IMG/VR virus record: IMGVR_UViG_3300027838_000014
Location: 1-40,513 of that record
Direction: 5' to 3' (one strand)
From: a virus
Lineage: Duplodnaviria; Caudoviricetes
Length of the DNA stretch: 40,513 nt
Part shown: positions 1-10,312 of the stretch, piece by piece
Numbering within the stretch: the first letter of the stretch is position 1
Layout of the letters: each line of letters starts with the position of its first letter
Made by a program: the position numbers and the translations under genes
Notes under the pieces: model-generated
The model's input: only the letters and a program-made list of their open reading frames with translations
Database searches by the model: none
What the model was told of the DNA's origin: nothing

Positions 1-528
1 ACTGTACGGTGCGTCAGGGTTGTCCATGAGGTCCGGTTCAGCGCAGGCGGTGGAGTCCGGCATAATGGCTGAGTCCGTCCTTCAGCAGGAGGCGACACTT
101 GCAGGGTTGCCGAAGAAGCACCACTGGTGGAAGGACTCAAGGAGACACATGGAAAACAGGGATCCGGGTAGGCATTACCGAAGTAACGTAACAAGTAGTT
201 CGAGGCTGGCATAATGGTAGTAGTAAACATTTCTGGTACTGGCCCACGTCCCCGTAAACTACAGGTCGATACGTCCAAACTAGAAGACCTACAAGAGGAC
301 CTTGCGGATCACGAGTCCACATGGAACGCTGTCATGGGTGCAACCAAACTAGCAACCGGACTGATAGAAGGTGCGAGCAATGAGAAACTAAAGAAGGTAG
401 AAACCCGTGTGAAGGCTGGGTTGTCTGCTGTAAGCAACGCCGTCACTGACAGCGCAGTGGCCGCTGGTAGTGAAGCAGGTCTGGGCGATGGCACGTTTGC
501 GGACGTTGTCTTCAAGGGCGAGGAGTTC
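1..528. repeat. Imperfect terminal direct repeat, left copy (partner ~40022-40513)
   Basis: 403-528 is identical to 40388-40513 (126 nt). 203-327 matches ~40188-40312 apart from one SNP near 243. The remainder aligns with many substitutions and one unrelated stretch. Confidence 0.95.
2..214 (+). CDS. 3' part of small internal virion (ejection) protein, alternative allele of 39768-40199 (5'-truncated)
   Basis: GLSMRSGSAQAVESGIMAESVLQQEATLAGLPK aligns with GLSTRSGSASAVESDIMAESVLQQESILAGLPK of ORF 39768-40199. Both end in RLA* with the same TAATG overlap into the next gene. Confidence 0.85.
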   Translation: MYGASGLSMRSGSAQAVESGIMAESVLQQEATLAGLPKKHHWWKDSRRHMENRDPGRHYRSNVTSSSRLA

Positions 529-3500
529 CAAAAGCAACGGGACGCCTTGTTCGAGGGCGATTTCAAGTGGTATGAGGGTGCCGCAAAGAAAGCCACTGAG
601 GCGGCGAAACTTTCCCTGAAAAACAGCACTAAGACTGAATGGGAAGCAACCGCAAAACTTGCCTTCGATAACGGACGGCTTGCACGTGGCATAAAAGTTG
701 AGTTAGCAGACGACGATACCCGTTCCGACATTGTAGACAAACTGTGGGTAGGTATCGAAGGCTTCAAGGCTGACCTACAGACAGGGGCGGGCAAGGAACG
801 TGCCGGGCCTATGCTGACTGAGACGATTGGCCGACACGTAACGGAAATGATAAGAAACCCATCGGAACTGGTCGAGGATCCAACCCAACTAGAGAGGCTC
901 TTAGATCAGTGGAAAGCAAGCGGCGCACAAGACGCAGACGTAGACCTTGCGAGACGTGGTGCAGTACAAAACTTCATGATGCATGCTGCAACGCCCGCCG
1001 GGCAAGCGCAAATGACCGCCGTTCTTTCCGACCTAATCAACCCTTCAGACGTGCTAACTACGGAAAACTACGGGAAAGAACTAGAGGCCTTAGGGATACA
1101 GCCGGAAGCGTTGTCTAGCCTGAAGAACAGTGCTAATGGACAGTACATTGTAAATATGATCGACGGCGGTATGCCCATTGCCGAAGCCATGAACGCCTTG
1201 GAGTCCCATGATTACTTCCCTGGCGCTGCCGAACTAGCACCCTTCATTAACTTGCCGCAAGTGTCACTCGACACCCCTGCCGAGGCTCTTCTTGACGTGC
1301 TCGGTAAGTATAGCAGTGACGGCGTACTCTGGATCTCCAACACGGAGTGGTCAAGGGTCGGTCACTGGTTCTCTCTGCAAACAAATGCTGACGCTTGGAA
1401 CAGGTTGAGCCAGAAGCCTACGATAATGACGGTATCTGAAGGTGGAGTAGCATCCTTATGGGGTGGCACTTCGGCAGGCGGCGGTGGTAGCAGCAGTGGT
1501 GGAAGTGCCCAGGCCGATCCTGCTTTCTCGTCAGGATACTACGGGACTGGAAGTAGATCAGATTACGATCCAGACGCTGTCCTTCACGGCGCCAATCTAA
1601 GGGCTGCACTAGGGGATGCTTTGGAGCCTCTTGGTATTGACTTAGGGAAACTTAATCCCGGCAGGAGACAACACCTACTCGATCAGGTCTTGAATGGTGG
1701 CCTGGGCTTCACGCTGGACTTATCCAAGAACATGGAGGAGACCTCAGCAGCGCTGGTACTCGGCATTGATCAGTCGGGACTCAGGGCTACCAAGGGCGGC
1801 GGTGGGTTCTACCTTGATCCATTGAACGTCAACGACCTTCCCCAAGAGGACCTACTTAAGATCTTTGGGGCACAAGCAGAGGACGGAGAAGTGTTCGCTG
1901 CTGTCACCACCGTGAATGGGCAGAAGACCTATGAGTTGCGTAGATCGGGCGGAGTCAGAGGAGAGTCTTCTATGCCCCTGTCGGTCCCGACTATAGGCCT
2001 TGAGAAGTTGTCCAAAATAAGGGAGCAACGACCAGCCAAAATGATGGAGCAACGACCAGCCGATGAGGGCCACTCTGGTGAGAGTTACCGGGCGATTAAA
2101 GCACATATTGGTGCAGTAGAACGCCTAGTCCAACCACCCACACCAGTGGATCCAGACGCACCAGCACCCACCGTCACACCAGTGGATAAGGCAGCAGACC
2201 TAGAGTTGCAAGAGGGCATAGAACAAGGCAAGGCCATGTTCTTCACAGATATGGCAGACATTGGGTTTGCTAGTTCGTACATGGCGTACGGTGCGTACAA
2301 GTGGAACAAGGCGGCGGAGAATGTAGCGACGAGAATGCTTGGCCCTAAGGGGAAGTTCATGGAACAAGCCGGGATGTCATTCCAAAGCCAACCACCCAAG
2401 GGCTTGAGGGGTGCTGACGGAAGGTTCGTAACTAGTTACAGCGGGCGTTCACAGAAACTGCTTGATAACATCTATAAGGTACTTGATGTGCCAATGGGTG
2501 AGCGGATAAAGATCGACGAGTACTTATCTCAGCCATCAAAACAAAAGAAGCGGTTCGAGAAGGAACTGAAACGATTGCACAAGAAGTACGGCGAGGAGGT
2601 GATCCGCAAGGCCATTAAGAAAGAGGCGTGGGATAAGGGTGCCAAGGTTGCGGCCAGCAGGCTCGGACGTAACTTAAAGAAGTTGACTGGTGGGGCAGCG
2701 GGTTTGGTCCTGCTTGCCGGTGACTTGTTGGCGTTCGGATTGTCTGACGAGGAGTCTTACGAGGCACAGGACGAGATATTTGCGCCCTTTGAGGAGGGGT
2801 TTGACAAGATCAACCCATACGGCATATTTGACCTGGGAGCGTCATTCGACTACACCCCTGCACCGGATAATGCCGGGTACATAGGCACAGCACTCCACTA
2901 TGTAGGCCAGTGGGGAGTGGGCATGCTTCGTCACATGTCAACAGGAGAGGGCGCTGCTGGTACGGTTAGGTCTGTATTCCGTAGCGCTACTAACATCCTT
3001 GGCGAGCGTGAAGTAGCATTTGGCTTCTCAGTATTCGAGGCGGCTAGTCAACAAGGCACAGCAGTCTTGAATGGTCTTGCTAATCTAAACCGTCCCGCTG
3101 ACCACGAAGCCGCTTGGCAAGCAAGCGACAGCAACCTAGTAAATAGCCTTGGGCAAACAGCAGTGAGCATAGGCGTACTCCGTGACTACAACACATTGTT
3201 CTCTGCGTTCGACGGTGACTCACGAGGACGCTTCATGGATGCTATACGAGGGCCAGTAACCGAGATGCGTGGGCTTGAGAAACTTTCCAGGGTAGTGAAG
3301 TTGGACGACCCACAAGAGTCCATGATCCTAAGTGAACTTATACGAGGGTCAGGAGAGTTTGGCGGAGATTTCCATGAGAAATACATGGGATACAACAGTA
3401 CGTTCATGGATACCGTTGATCCAGATGGCGATCACGCTGACGAGTTGCATAGGATGAAGGTCAATGGTGGAGTGTTCTGGAGTGACCGGGCAGGCACAGG

Positions 3501-5046
3501 CCACTTCAATCCCGAAGCAGGGCAACTTCTCGTGGGCAACGCTGACATGGGTGGTGTCATAGGCTTCCTGGAAGTTGTGAACAGAGATCAAGACAACCTA
3601 CGATACACACGACAAGAGGTTATGGCTGCTAGGAAGTTCCTACTAGACCGGGACGAGATACCGCACGGCGCCCACCGCCTCATGAACACGGTACAGGACT
3701 TAATGGGGGACAAGCACCTTAGTAACCTTGATGCTGACGAAATACTTGGTGGCTGGCACGAGTTTAATCAACTACTACCTGGAGGTGACCCGCTTGAGTT
3801 TGCCGACGACTGGTACGATCACGCCCTAGCCTCTAATAAGAACATGCCGGAAGGTATGGTAGAGCAGTACGCTGACACAGTAAAGGACTACCTCGACTGG
3901 GCTAGGTCGAGCCCAAACATCAAGGAATCCCTACCGTCTATGGACCTGGAGGGGCTCAGTAATCGTCAGAAACTAACCATTGATCTCATGTCGTGGATCA
4001 GCATAGGTGCCCCCTCTGCCCATTCGGGAGAGCCACAAAGGAACAAGAAACTTTCGGACTTCTTCCCGACTACAGCGGAAGACCTAGTAACCGGGGCGAG
4101 TTTCCTTAGAGCAACGGGCATGTACATCAATACAGTGAGCGAGGCGTATGGGTATAGGTTTGAGTTGAACCACGATACCCCGGAGTTCTTGATCCACTTG
4201 AGGGACGAGGGCATAGTGCCAAAGAACCAGGCTGAGTGGTCAACTGAGTACGGACTATTCTCTTCACGTCTGCCCAGGACGGTACGCAGTAGGTCTGGTG
4301 ATTATGGAAAGTCAACCCGTGAGTTCCTAGCGGGGAATCTGGGCATAGACACACGTGGCGTGGGGAGAATAGAGCACATAGACCCCTCCCTTACTGGGCC
4401 TGACGAACTTGGTAAGGTCCAAGAGAACAGGGTTAGACCGTACTCCAAGGAAGAAATGAAGGTCCTGACTGAAAAAGCACTCAGGTATGAACTCGCAATA
4501 CTAGTCGATGACCCCACGATACTTGCGGATTTGAAGATCCCTTCACTGCCGTTCGCAACGAGAGGCATAGGGCACCGTACGAAAGTGGGCGGCCCTGATA
4601 TCTGGATGCAAGACGAGCCGCAAGAGATGGGCATGGGTGCGTTCGCTAAGCCTGAACCAAAGAGTCGAGGACTTACCGGGGCAGAGGTAGTTGACGCACT
4701 CAGTGGAAGAAACGATATCCCTAACTGGGATAAGCACATGTCTGCACCACTGAATCCGGAGCAAATCCTTGGGGACATTGCACAGAAGCAGTTTGACGTA
4801 AACGAGCAGATGGAACGGTATCGTATACGACGAGACCAAGGCGAGGTTAGCCACCAATGGTGGTACCTCAAGAATGAAAGGCTGAAGCGTCAGTACGGGA
4901 GGCTGGAGAAGATGGTCCGTATGGTCCAGGTACATGGGCTATACTTAGAGCAGGTAGATAGAATGCCGTCCAGAGGGATATACAATGCCTCATGGGAGCA
5001 CCATGCCAAGACGGTTGAGAAGATATTAAGGGAGATCAGTGACTGA
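214..5046 (+). CDS. Large 1610-aa probable internal virion/ejection protein (T7 gp15-position analogue)
   Basis: Long ORF coupled by TAATG. It lies between the small ejection protein and the gp16-like gene and is largely helical, with Gly- and Pro-rich linkers. Function is inferred from synteny only. Confidence 0.6.
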   Translation: MVVVNISGTGPRPRKLQVDTSKLEDLQEDLADHESTWNAVMGATKLATGLIEGASNEKLKKVETRVKAGLSAVSNAVTDSAVAAGSEAGLGDGTFADVVFKGEEFQKQRDALFEGDFKWYEGAAKKATEAAKLSLKNSTKTEWEATAKLAFDNGRLARGIKVELADDDTRSDIVDKLWVGIEGFKADLQTGAGKERAGPMLTETIGRHVTEMIRNPSELVEDPTQLERLLDQWKASGAQDADVDLARRGAVQNFMMHAATPAGQAQMTAVLSDLINPSDVLTTENYGKELEALGIQPEALSSLKNSANGQYIVNMIDGGMPIAEAMNALESHDYFPGAAELAPFINLPQVSLDTPAEALLDVLGKYSSDGVLWISNTEWSRVGHWFSLQTNADAWNRLSQKPTIMTVSEGGVASLWGGTSAGGGGSSSGGSAQADPAFSSGYYGTGSRSDYDPDAVLHGANLRAALGDALEPLGIDLGKLNPGRRQHLLDQVLNGGLGFTLDLSKNMEETSAALVLGIDQSGLRATKGGGGFYLDPLNVNDLPQEDLLKIFGAQAEDGEVFAAVTTVNGQKTYELRRSGGVRGESSMPLSVPTIGLEKLSKIREQRPAKMMEQRPADEGHSGESYRAIKAHIGAVERLVQPPTPVDPDAPAPTVTPVDKAADLELQEGIEQGKAMFFTDMADIGFASSYMAYGAYKWNKAAENVATRMLGPKGKFMEQAGMSFQSQPPKGLRGADGRFVTSYSGRSQKLLDNIYKVLDVPMGERIKIDEYLSQPSKQKKRFEKELKRLHKKYGEEVIRKAIKKEAWDKGAKVAASRLGRNLKKLTGGAAGLVLLAGDLLAFGLSDEESYEAQDEIFAPFEEGFDKINPYGIFDLGASFDYTPAPDNAGYIGTALHYVGQWGVGMLRHMSTGEGAAGTVRSVFRSATNILGEREVAFGFSVFEAASQQGTAVLNGLANLNRPADHEAAWQASDSNLVNSLGQTAVSIGVLRDYNTLFSAFDGDSRGRFMDAIRGPVTEMRGLEKLSRVVKLDDPQESMILSELIRGSGEFGGDFHEKYMGYNSTFMDTVDPDGDHADELHRMKVNGGVFWSDRAGTGHFNPEAGQLLVGNADMGGVIGFLEVVNRDQDNLRYTRQEVMAARKFLLDRDEIPHGAHRLMNTVQDLMGDKHLSNLDADEILGGWHEFNQLLPGGDPLEFADDWYDHALASNKNMPEGMVEQYADTVKDYLDWARSSPNIKESLPSMDLEGLSNRQKLTIDLMSWISIGAPSAHSGEPQRNKKLSDFFPTTAEDLVTGASFLRATGMYINTVSEAYGYRFELNHDTPEFLIHLRDEGIVPKNQAEWSTEYGLFSSRLPRTVRSRSGDYGKSTREFLAGNLGIDTRGVGRIEHIDPSLTGPDELGKVQENRVRPYSKEEMKVLTEKALRYELAILVDDPTILADLKIPSLPFATRGIGHRTKVGGPDIWMQDEPQEMGMGAFAKPEPKSRGLTGAEVVDALSGRNDIPNWDKHMSAPLNPEQILGDIAQKQFDVNEQMERYRIRRDQGEVSHQWWYLKNERLKRQYGRLEKMVRMVQVHGLYLEQVDRMPSRGIYNASWEHHAKTVEKILREISD

Positions 5047-8000
5047 TGGAATAGAACAGCCGGGCATCTATAGCAGACGTCCAGGCTACGCTATACCTCC
5101 AGGTGAACGACTAGACATGATCGACGCCGCCAAGGATGGGCCGTCGTTCTTCTCCACCTTTGCTGCACACAACCGTGAGTACCTTGGCGTAGGTGGCGTA
5201 GTGTCACGAGCCTATACCAACCCTGACTTGCTTCTCACGGGAAACGAGCCAGTGGTTACTGGTGTATACGAGTGGGGCAGGGACTTCCTGTCACACATGA
5301 CTGCGGGCACTGATCAGCACGTTGCTGAAGGTATCAAAACGTACCTGGACGACTGGGCTGAGGAGGGCTTACAGACATTACGCACTGACGTTATGGGGTA
5401 CACGCCTACTGAAGGTGACTACACCGGGACGCTACCAAGGTTCTCAGACGACGAGCGAGCAGAAAGATTCATTGAACGCCTGAACGGAGAACTCACAGTA
5501 GAGGGTCGTGCTGCCCTTATCCGTATGTACGAGCAGAGCCAAGCGGACCGGGAAACATTGCATGAGTCCGGCATAGGGTGGCAGTTACTTGCTGGCTTAT
5601 CGAGTGCCGCCTGGGACGAACAGATATACGCAGACTTCTTCATAACAAGGGGCGTACTCACCCGAGCCCGTGCTGCTGATGGTGCCAGCAAACTCTACAC
5701 GATACTTGCAGCATCCTTTGCCGCCACTGCTGGTGCTGGTGCGACCTCCGCTGTGCGAGAGGCGATACTGTACCGTGGGATTGGCACCAGGACACCTAAG
5801 GAAGTCTACAACAACATCATATTCGAGACAGCCTTCGGCGCTATCTTGAGTGGTGCCGCTGCAACAATGTCCGTTGGCTACAAGAGTGCTGTTCGTCGTC
5901 GCTTCGGTGAAGATACAGTGCCAGAGGCGTTAGACAGTGCTCGCTCAGTAATGCTAGACAACATAAAATCCCGTCCAGCATTGCAAGGTAAGGTAGAGTC
6001 GCTGATCGAATCCCTTCGTGCGGGTAGGAACCTGGACGAAGACCTTGTTGGTGACGACGCATGGAACCAGATACTTGATGGCGTGAACAAGAACGTCGTT
6101 GAGTTGGTGGGCCTTAGGCGTGGGTCATGGGGCAACTTCTTCTTCAATAAGTTCTTCTTCTTCACCCCTAACATGCGTATGGCTATCAGCAAGAGTAAGG
6201 AAGCGAATCGTATCATCGACGTGTTCACCGACACTGCCCTTGTTAAGGAAGGCAGCGCACACGGCACAAGTCTTGAGAGATTGAAGGCCATGGTGGAACT
6301 GCACGCAGTTGGTATCCGTAGGTCGCAGCGGGCAATCTATGACAAAGCCAAGGATGAGGGTGCGAACTTCAGGCGTGACCTGCCTGTCATTGACTCAGGG
6401 TACGACCACTTCGACATAGCGGTGGAGATGGCATACCGGAGACTAGACAACAACTTCAACCCCAACCTGACGATCATGGGTGCGGACGGTAGTGGTTTCC
6501 AGCCATTCAAGACGAGCGACGGGAAGCAACTTAACCACGCTGCGGTAAAGGCTATCAAAGAAGCACGTAAGATGTTCGGCGAAGAGCAAGGGTTGTTCGA
6601 CGACATGGTTGTACTCGCTGGCATGATGACACGCAAGGAGGTCACTGATCGTAAGTTGTTCTACGTGAAGACACATGGTGAGAACTTCGTTCACCGTATC
6701 ATTGACCGACAGGCGGTAGGCCAGAACCGTGGAGAGTTCCTGAAGTTACTCAAGGAGGGGTGGGAGGACCTCGCTAGCAAGCAACGACCTGAACTAGAGG
6801 AGTCACTCGGACGCCTACAGAAGGCAAAGTCCGAAGCCATTGAACACTTACGTGGATCGGAGGAGGGACTTAATGATCTGGTGGAGGCTAAGGAGGAACT
6901 CCGTGCCGCTCGTAGGAGAATCCGTGAGATCGACAGGCAGATAAAAGAACAGAGAGACCTGGAGAGTAGTTCGTATGCTTCCTCTGACCTGCCCACTCAT
7001 AAGGAGTCCGAGCGCAGCATGAGGGGCCTCTTCGGTGGATCGTACCGCTCGGCCAGGACAGTCAAGAATGATATCGGTGGCACTGTGGTTGTGGTGCGTA
7101 GGGGCGGGGACATCCACCCTGAGGTGCTTGGCACTGAGGGACTTGAGGATGGTTGGCACCTGTACTACATGCAAAAGGGGACAGAGACCACCGGGCGTGA
7201 CTTGAAGGACACAGGTGTTAAGTACACTAAGAGTTTCCGAACCCTGAAGGAAGCAAAGGAGGTGATGTCTGACATAAGTGAGTTTGGCGACGAAGCGGTA
7301 AGCCGATTCGCTGACACATTTATGATCCAACCCGGCGACTTGGCCTCTATGGTTGTACGTGAGAGCAGGATCGACAGACTTGCTGCGGTTGCTGCTGGTA
7401 CATCCAATATGCCCGGCCTGGAGTCGAAGAAGAGTTCAGAGCAAGAGTTCATTGACGAAATGTTGCTGCTCATAGGTGACTCCGACGCAGAGTCAAGCAT
7501 AAAGTCACGCAAACAGTTTATCCATGAGGCCGACGAGGCTATCGCTGGCAAGCAGGGAGAGATAGACAACCTAGTGTGGGACGAGGACAAGGCCGAGGCT
7601 GTGTGGAAGGGATGGGCAACACCGTCAGAAGGAGACGTGCTTTCCCTGGTTCATACCGACCCAACAATGCAACGCTCCCTGCTCATAGCGGACAAGTACG
7701 TCGAGAGGTTCCTTCGTATATCCTCAGACGCACAGAGGCATAACTTCTACCAGGGGCTTGGCTTAAAGGTAGTTGCCTTCCATCGCCTTGCTCACGGGGA
7801 CACGATCCAGTTCCAGAGGGAAACAAACCAGTTAATGGAGGAGGCCCACCGTATAGAGAGGTCGCTCCGTGAGACAGCCGACGACATGGCTGACGAGGAG
7901 ATCGTAGCCAAGCACCTACGTGTCATAGAGATCGAAGACGAACTGGCCATACTAACCGAGACCCAACGTCTACGCATGGACGTACGCATGAATAGTTCTT

Positions 8001-10090
8001 ATGGTAAAGAAGAACTACAAGTGATGCTGTCCAAGGTTACAAAGGTGACGGACGCATTACGCTCGGCACGAAAGGCTGTACGAAAGTTCGGTAGCGACGA
8101 CGACGTGGACGCATTGTCTGCGACATACGACAAGGCATACAAGGCGTACACGAAACTTAGCAAGAAGATTTCCAAGGGTGAGGTGCCCGGTTCAGTTGAG
8201 CCTGAGGGCAAGATCCGATCCGACCGCATACTGGAATGGTCAAGCAGCGAGCCGCCCTCCTCAACGATCCTCTCTGCCGTATCATCCAACAGGAGTATAC
8301 ACGCAGAGGTCATTGCTTGGCGCATGTCTAGAATAACTGACCGTGTAATCGAAGAGCGTACACACGCATGGCAAACGAGTATCAGCCAACTACCACACAA
8401 GTCGGTACTACTACGAGAGTACATCGAGAACATCAAGGCTAACCCAAGCCAGGCTGCCAAGCACGGCAAGGTAAAGGACCAGGCTATCTCGGACCTGGAC
8501 ATAGTCCACCAGCGTATCTTCAATACATGGCAGCGGGTACCAGAGAACAGGCTATGGTCCGCTTCGGTCAACCTCGTACGTAACTACAACTTCGCCACCA
8601 ACATGGGAGGCGTGACATTCTCTAGCCTACCCGACATTGCCATGGGTCTGTTCGTTGCTGGCCCAGGCCCATTCCTTGCTGCCACCTACAAGTACGGCTT
8701 GTACAAGTTAAAGAGGATGATCACTAGCCTTCCACCAGAAGAGAGGTATTGGGTTCAAGACCTAATCTATGCTCAAGAGTTGGTCGGCACGAACATGCAG
8801 GGAAGGGCTGGCTCAATCGCAAGTGTCAAGGCTGAGATGGCAGGGAAGAGATCCTACTCAGCGACGGATAGGCTAGAGCAGACAAGTGAAGCAGTCGCCA
8901 ACGCAACCACCAACCTTATCCTACTCAACAGGTGGAACGGTTTCTGGAAGTCAGTCAACTCTCTTGCATCGGCCAGCCGTATATCACGTATCGCAGATGA
9001 GGTAGCAAGGGGTAAGAGCATTGATAGGTTCTGGGCCAACCGCCGGGGTGACAAGAGGTTCATTGACCACATGCGCCTGAACGAAAGGGACCTGCTTGAC
9101 ATAGCCAAACTGAATAAGAAGTTCGGTAGTGTTTACGAGAACGACATGGGAGGCAAGTTCTACCAAACAAAGGCGGAAGACTGGTCGGAAACTGTTGGTG
9201 TGTCACGGCGAAGGGCTATGGAACTGCGTGCCAGGGTGACCGCCTCCGTAACTACAGCGGGAGAAATGGGTATCATTACACCTGGAGCAGGCAACGTGCC
9301 CGGCATGGCAGACAGAACTATATTCGCACGTGTAATGCTACAGTTCAAGAAGTTCTTCATTGTAGCAACCGAGCAGTTACTCATACCACTTGCGCAAAGG
9401 ATGGGCTCGTTCGACCTAACTGCTTACGGGACAGCAGCAGGTCTCATGGTGGCGGGCACCATGGTCACGGCAGGTAAAGACGCCATGCGTGGGCGTGAAA
9501 CCTTTCCGCATATCTCGGGTACGGGCGGGAGAGCAAGGGGAAGCACTAAAGAACAGTACTACGCAAACGTGGCCAAACTTGCCATGAACGCAGTAGACAG
9601 AAGCGGAGCCATGGCCATACTCAGCGAGCCATGGGGCATGCTAGAGAGCACCACGTACCCGCCTAGCGACATCATTACCCAGCAACTACTAGGATCCAAC
9701 ACGGGTGGTGGGCTGAGCAGGTCGCAGCAGAAGGGGTGGGTCGAGCAAATGATGGGGCCTACTGTTGGCAAGTTGCACGAGGCTTGGTGGATGGGCAACG
9801 AGGCGCTGCAAATGCTAGTCGGCAGTAAGCCCCTAGACGCCAAGCATTTGAGTAGAGGTAGGCGTTTCGTACCGTGGCAAAACGTGTTACCATTCACCCT
9901 CCTAGTGGACACTGGGCTATCCATGGGTGACGCCTATGAGGCTCATAGTACAAGGTCACCTTGGCAGAAGAACTGGACGCCAGCCGACTTCTACTGGAAG
10001 AAGTTCAAGTTCATAGAGCACCGACTTGCACCCCTGTTAATGGACGTAGACTTCACAAGGTACACACCCAAGACTAGCATAATGGAGTAG
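5039..10090 (+). CDS. Large 1683-aa internal virion/ejection protein (T7 gp16-like C-terminus)
   Basis: C-terminal motifs NMGGVTFSSLPD, IITPGAG and MLQFKKFF resemble the QFKSF-type C-terminal region of podovirus gp16-like proteins. Coiled-coil middle. Synteny fits. Confidence 0.7.
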   Translation: MTDGIEQPGIYSRRPGYAIPPGERLDMIDAAKDGPSFFSTFAAHNREYLGVGGVVSRAYTNPDLLLTGNEPVVTGVYEWGRDFLSHMTAGTDQHVAEGIKTYLDDWAEEGLQTLRTDVMGYTPTEGDYTGTLPRFSDDERAERFIERLNGELTVEGRAALIRMYEQSQADRETLHESGIGWQLLAGLSSAAWDEQIYADFFITRGVLTRARAADGASKLYTILAASFAATAGAGATSAVREAILYRGIGTRTPKEVYNNIIFETAFGAILSGAAATMSVGYKSAVRRRFGEDTVPEALDSARSVMLDNIKSRPALQGKVESLIESLRAGRNLDEDLVGDDAWNQILDGVNKNVVELVGLRRGSWGNFFFNKFFFFTPNMRMAISKSKEANRIIDVFTDTALVKEGSAHGTSLERLKAMVELHAVGIRRSQRAIYDKAKDEGANFRRDLPVIDSGYDHFDIAVEMAYRRLDNNFNPNLTIMGADGSGFQPFKTSDGKQLNHAAVKAIKEARKMFGEEQGLFDDMVVLAGMMTRKEVTDRKLFYVKTHGENFVHRIIDRQAVGQNRGEFLKLLKEGWEDLASKQRPELEESLGRLQKAKSEAIEHLRGSEEGLNDLVEAKEELRAARRRIREIDRQIKEQRDLESSSYASSDLPTHKESERSMRGLFGGSYRSARTVKNDIGGTVVVVRRGGDIHPEVLGTEGLEDGWHLYYMQKGTETTGRDLKDTGVKYTKSFRTLKEAKEVMSDISEFGDEAVSRFADTFMIQPGDLASMVVRESRIDRLAAVAAGTSNMPGLESKKSSEQEFIDEMLLLIGDSDAESSIKSRKQFIHEADEAIAGKQGEIDNLVWDEDKAEAVWKGWATPSEGDVLSLVHTDPTMQRSLLIADKYVERFLRISSDAQRHNFYQGLGLKVVAFHRLAHGDTIQFQRETNQLMEEAHRIERSLRETADDMADEEIVAKHLRVIEIEDELAILTETQRLRMDVRMNSSYGKEELQVMLSKVTKVTDALRSARKAVRKFGSDDDVDALSATYDKAYKAYTKLSKKISKGEVPGSVEPEGKIRSDRILEWSSSEPPSSTILSAVSSNRSIHAEVIAWRMSRITDRVIEERTHAWQTSISQLPHKSVLLREYIENIKANPSQAAKHGKVKDQAISDLDIVHQRIFNTWQRVPENRLWSASVNLVRNYNFATNMGGVTFSSLPDIAMGLFVAGPGPFLAATYKYGLYKLKRMITSLPPEERYWVQDLIYAQELVGTNMQGRAGSIASVKAEMAGKRSYSATDRLEQTSEAVANATTNLILLNRWNGFWKSVNSLASASRISRIADEVARGKSIDRFWANRRGDKRFIDHMRLNERDLLDIAKLNKKFGSVYENDMGGKFYQTKAEDWSETVGVSRRRAMELRARVTASVTTAGEMGIITPGAGNVPGMADRTIFARVMLQFKKFFIVATEQLLIPLAQRMGSFDLTAYGTAAGLMVAGTMVTAGKDAMRGRETFPHISGTGGRARGSTKEQYYANVAKLAMNAVDRSGAMAILSEPWGMLESTTYPPSDIITQQLLGSNTGGGLSRSQQKGWVEQMMGPTVGKLHEAWWMGNEALQMLVGSKPLDAKHLSRGRRFVPWQNVLPFTLLVDTGLSMGDAYEAHSTRSPWQKNWTPADFYWKKFKFIEHRLAPLLMDVDFTRYTPKTSIME

Positions 10091-10093
10091 GCA

Positions 10094-10312
10094 ATGGAAG
10101 ACATACTAAAGGAACTTATCTTGCAGGCGCCTTGGGGCGTGGCTATACTGGTAGTAGTCATGTCGTTCCTCAGGTATCTCTCCAAGTATAACGAGGCAAT
10201 GACCAGTGCCATGAGGGAGAATAGCCAGGTAATATGCAAGTTGGCCAACGCCTTGGCTAGGCTAGAAGAACGTGTAGAATCCATGCAACAAGAACTAAGG
10301 AGTAAGAGATGA
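10094..10312 (+). CDS. Small membrane protein, BhlA/UviB-like holin candidate
   Basis: 72 aa with an N-terminal hydrophobic helix (QAPWGVAILVVVMSFLRYL) followed by a coiled coil. GGAG RBS upstream. Confidence 0.5.
   Translation: MEDILKELILQAPWGVAILVVVMSFLRYLSKYNEAMTSAMRENSQVICKLANALARLEERVESMQQELRSKR

Noticed and set aside
1-402. DGR template/variable repeat explanation for the diverged terminal copies
   Set aside because: Differences are not adenine-specific, include indels and many synonymous changes, and no reverse transcriptase is encoded.
403-528. Biological direct terminal repeat
   Set aside because: It falls mid-gene and its 126-nt length fits an assembler k-mer overlap.
6137-6163. 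(TTC)n tract encoding FFFNKFFFF
   Set aside because: Short in-frame triplet run with no evidence of phase variation.
309-10284. Numerous antisense ORFs of 60-190 aa within the large genes
   Set aside because: Shadow ORFs expected from codon bias in GC-rich genes; Ser-rich with no motifs.
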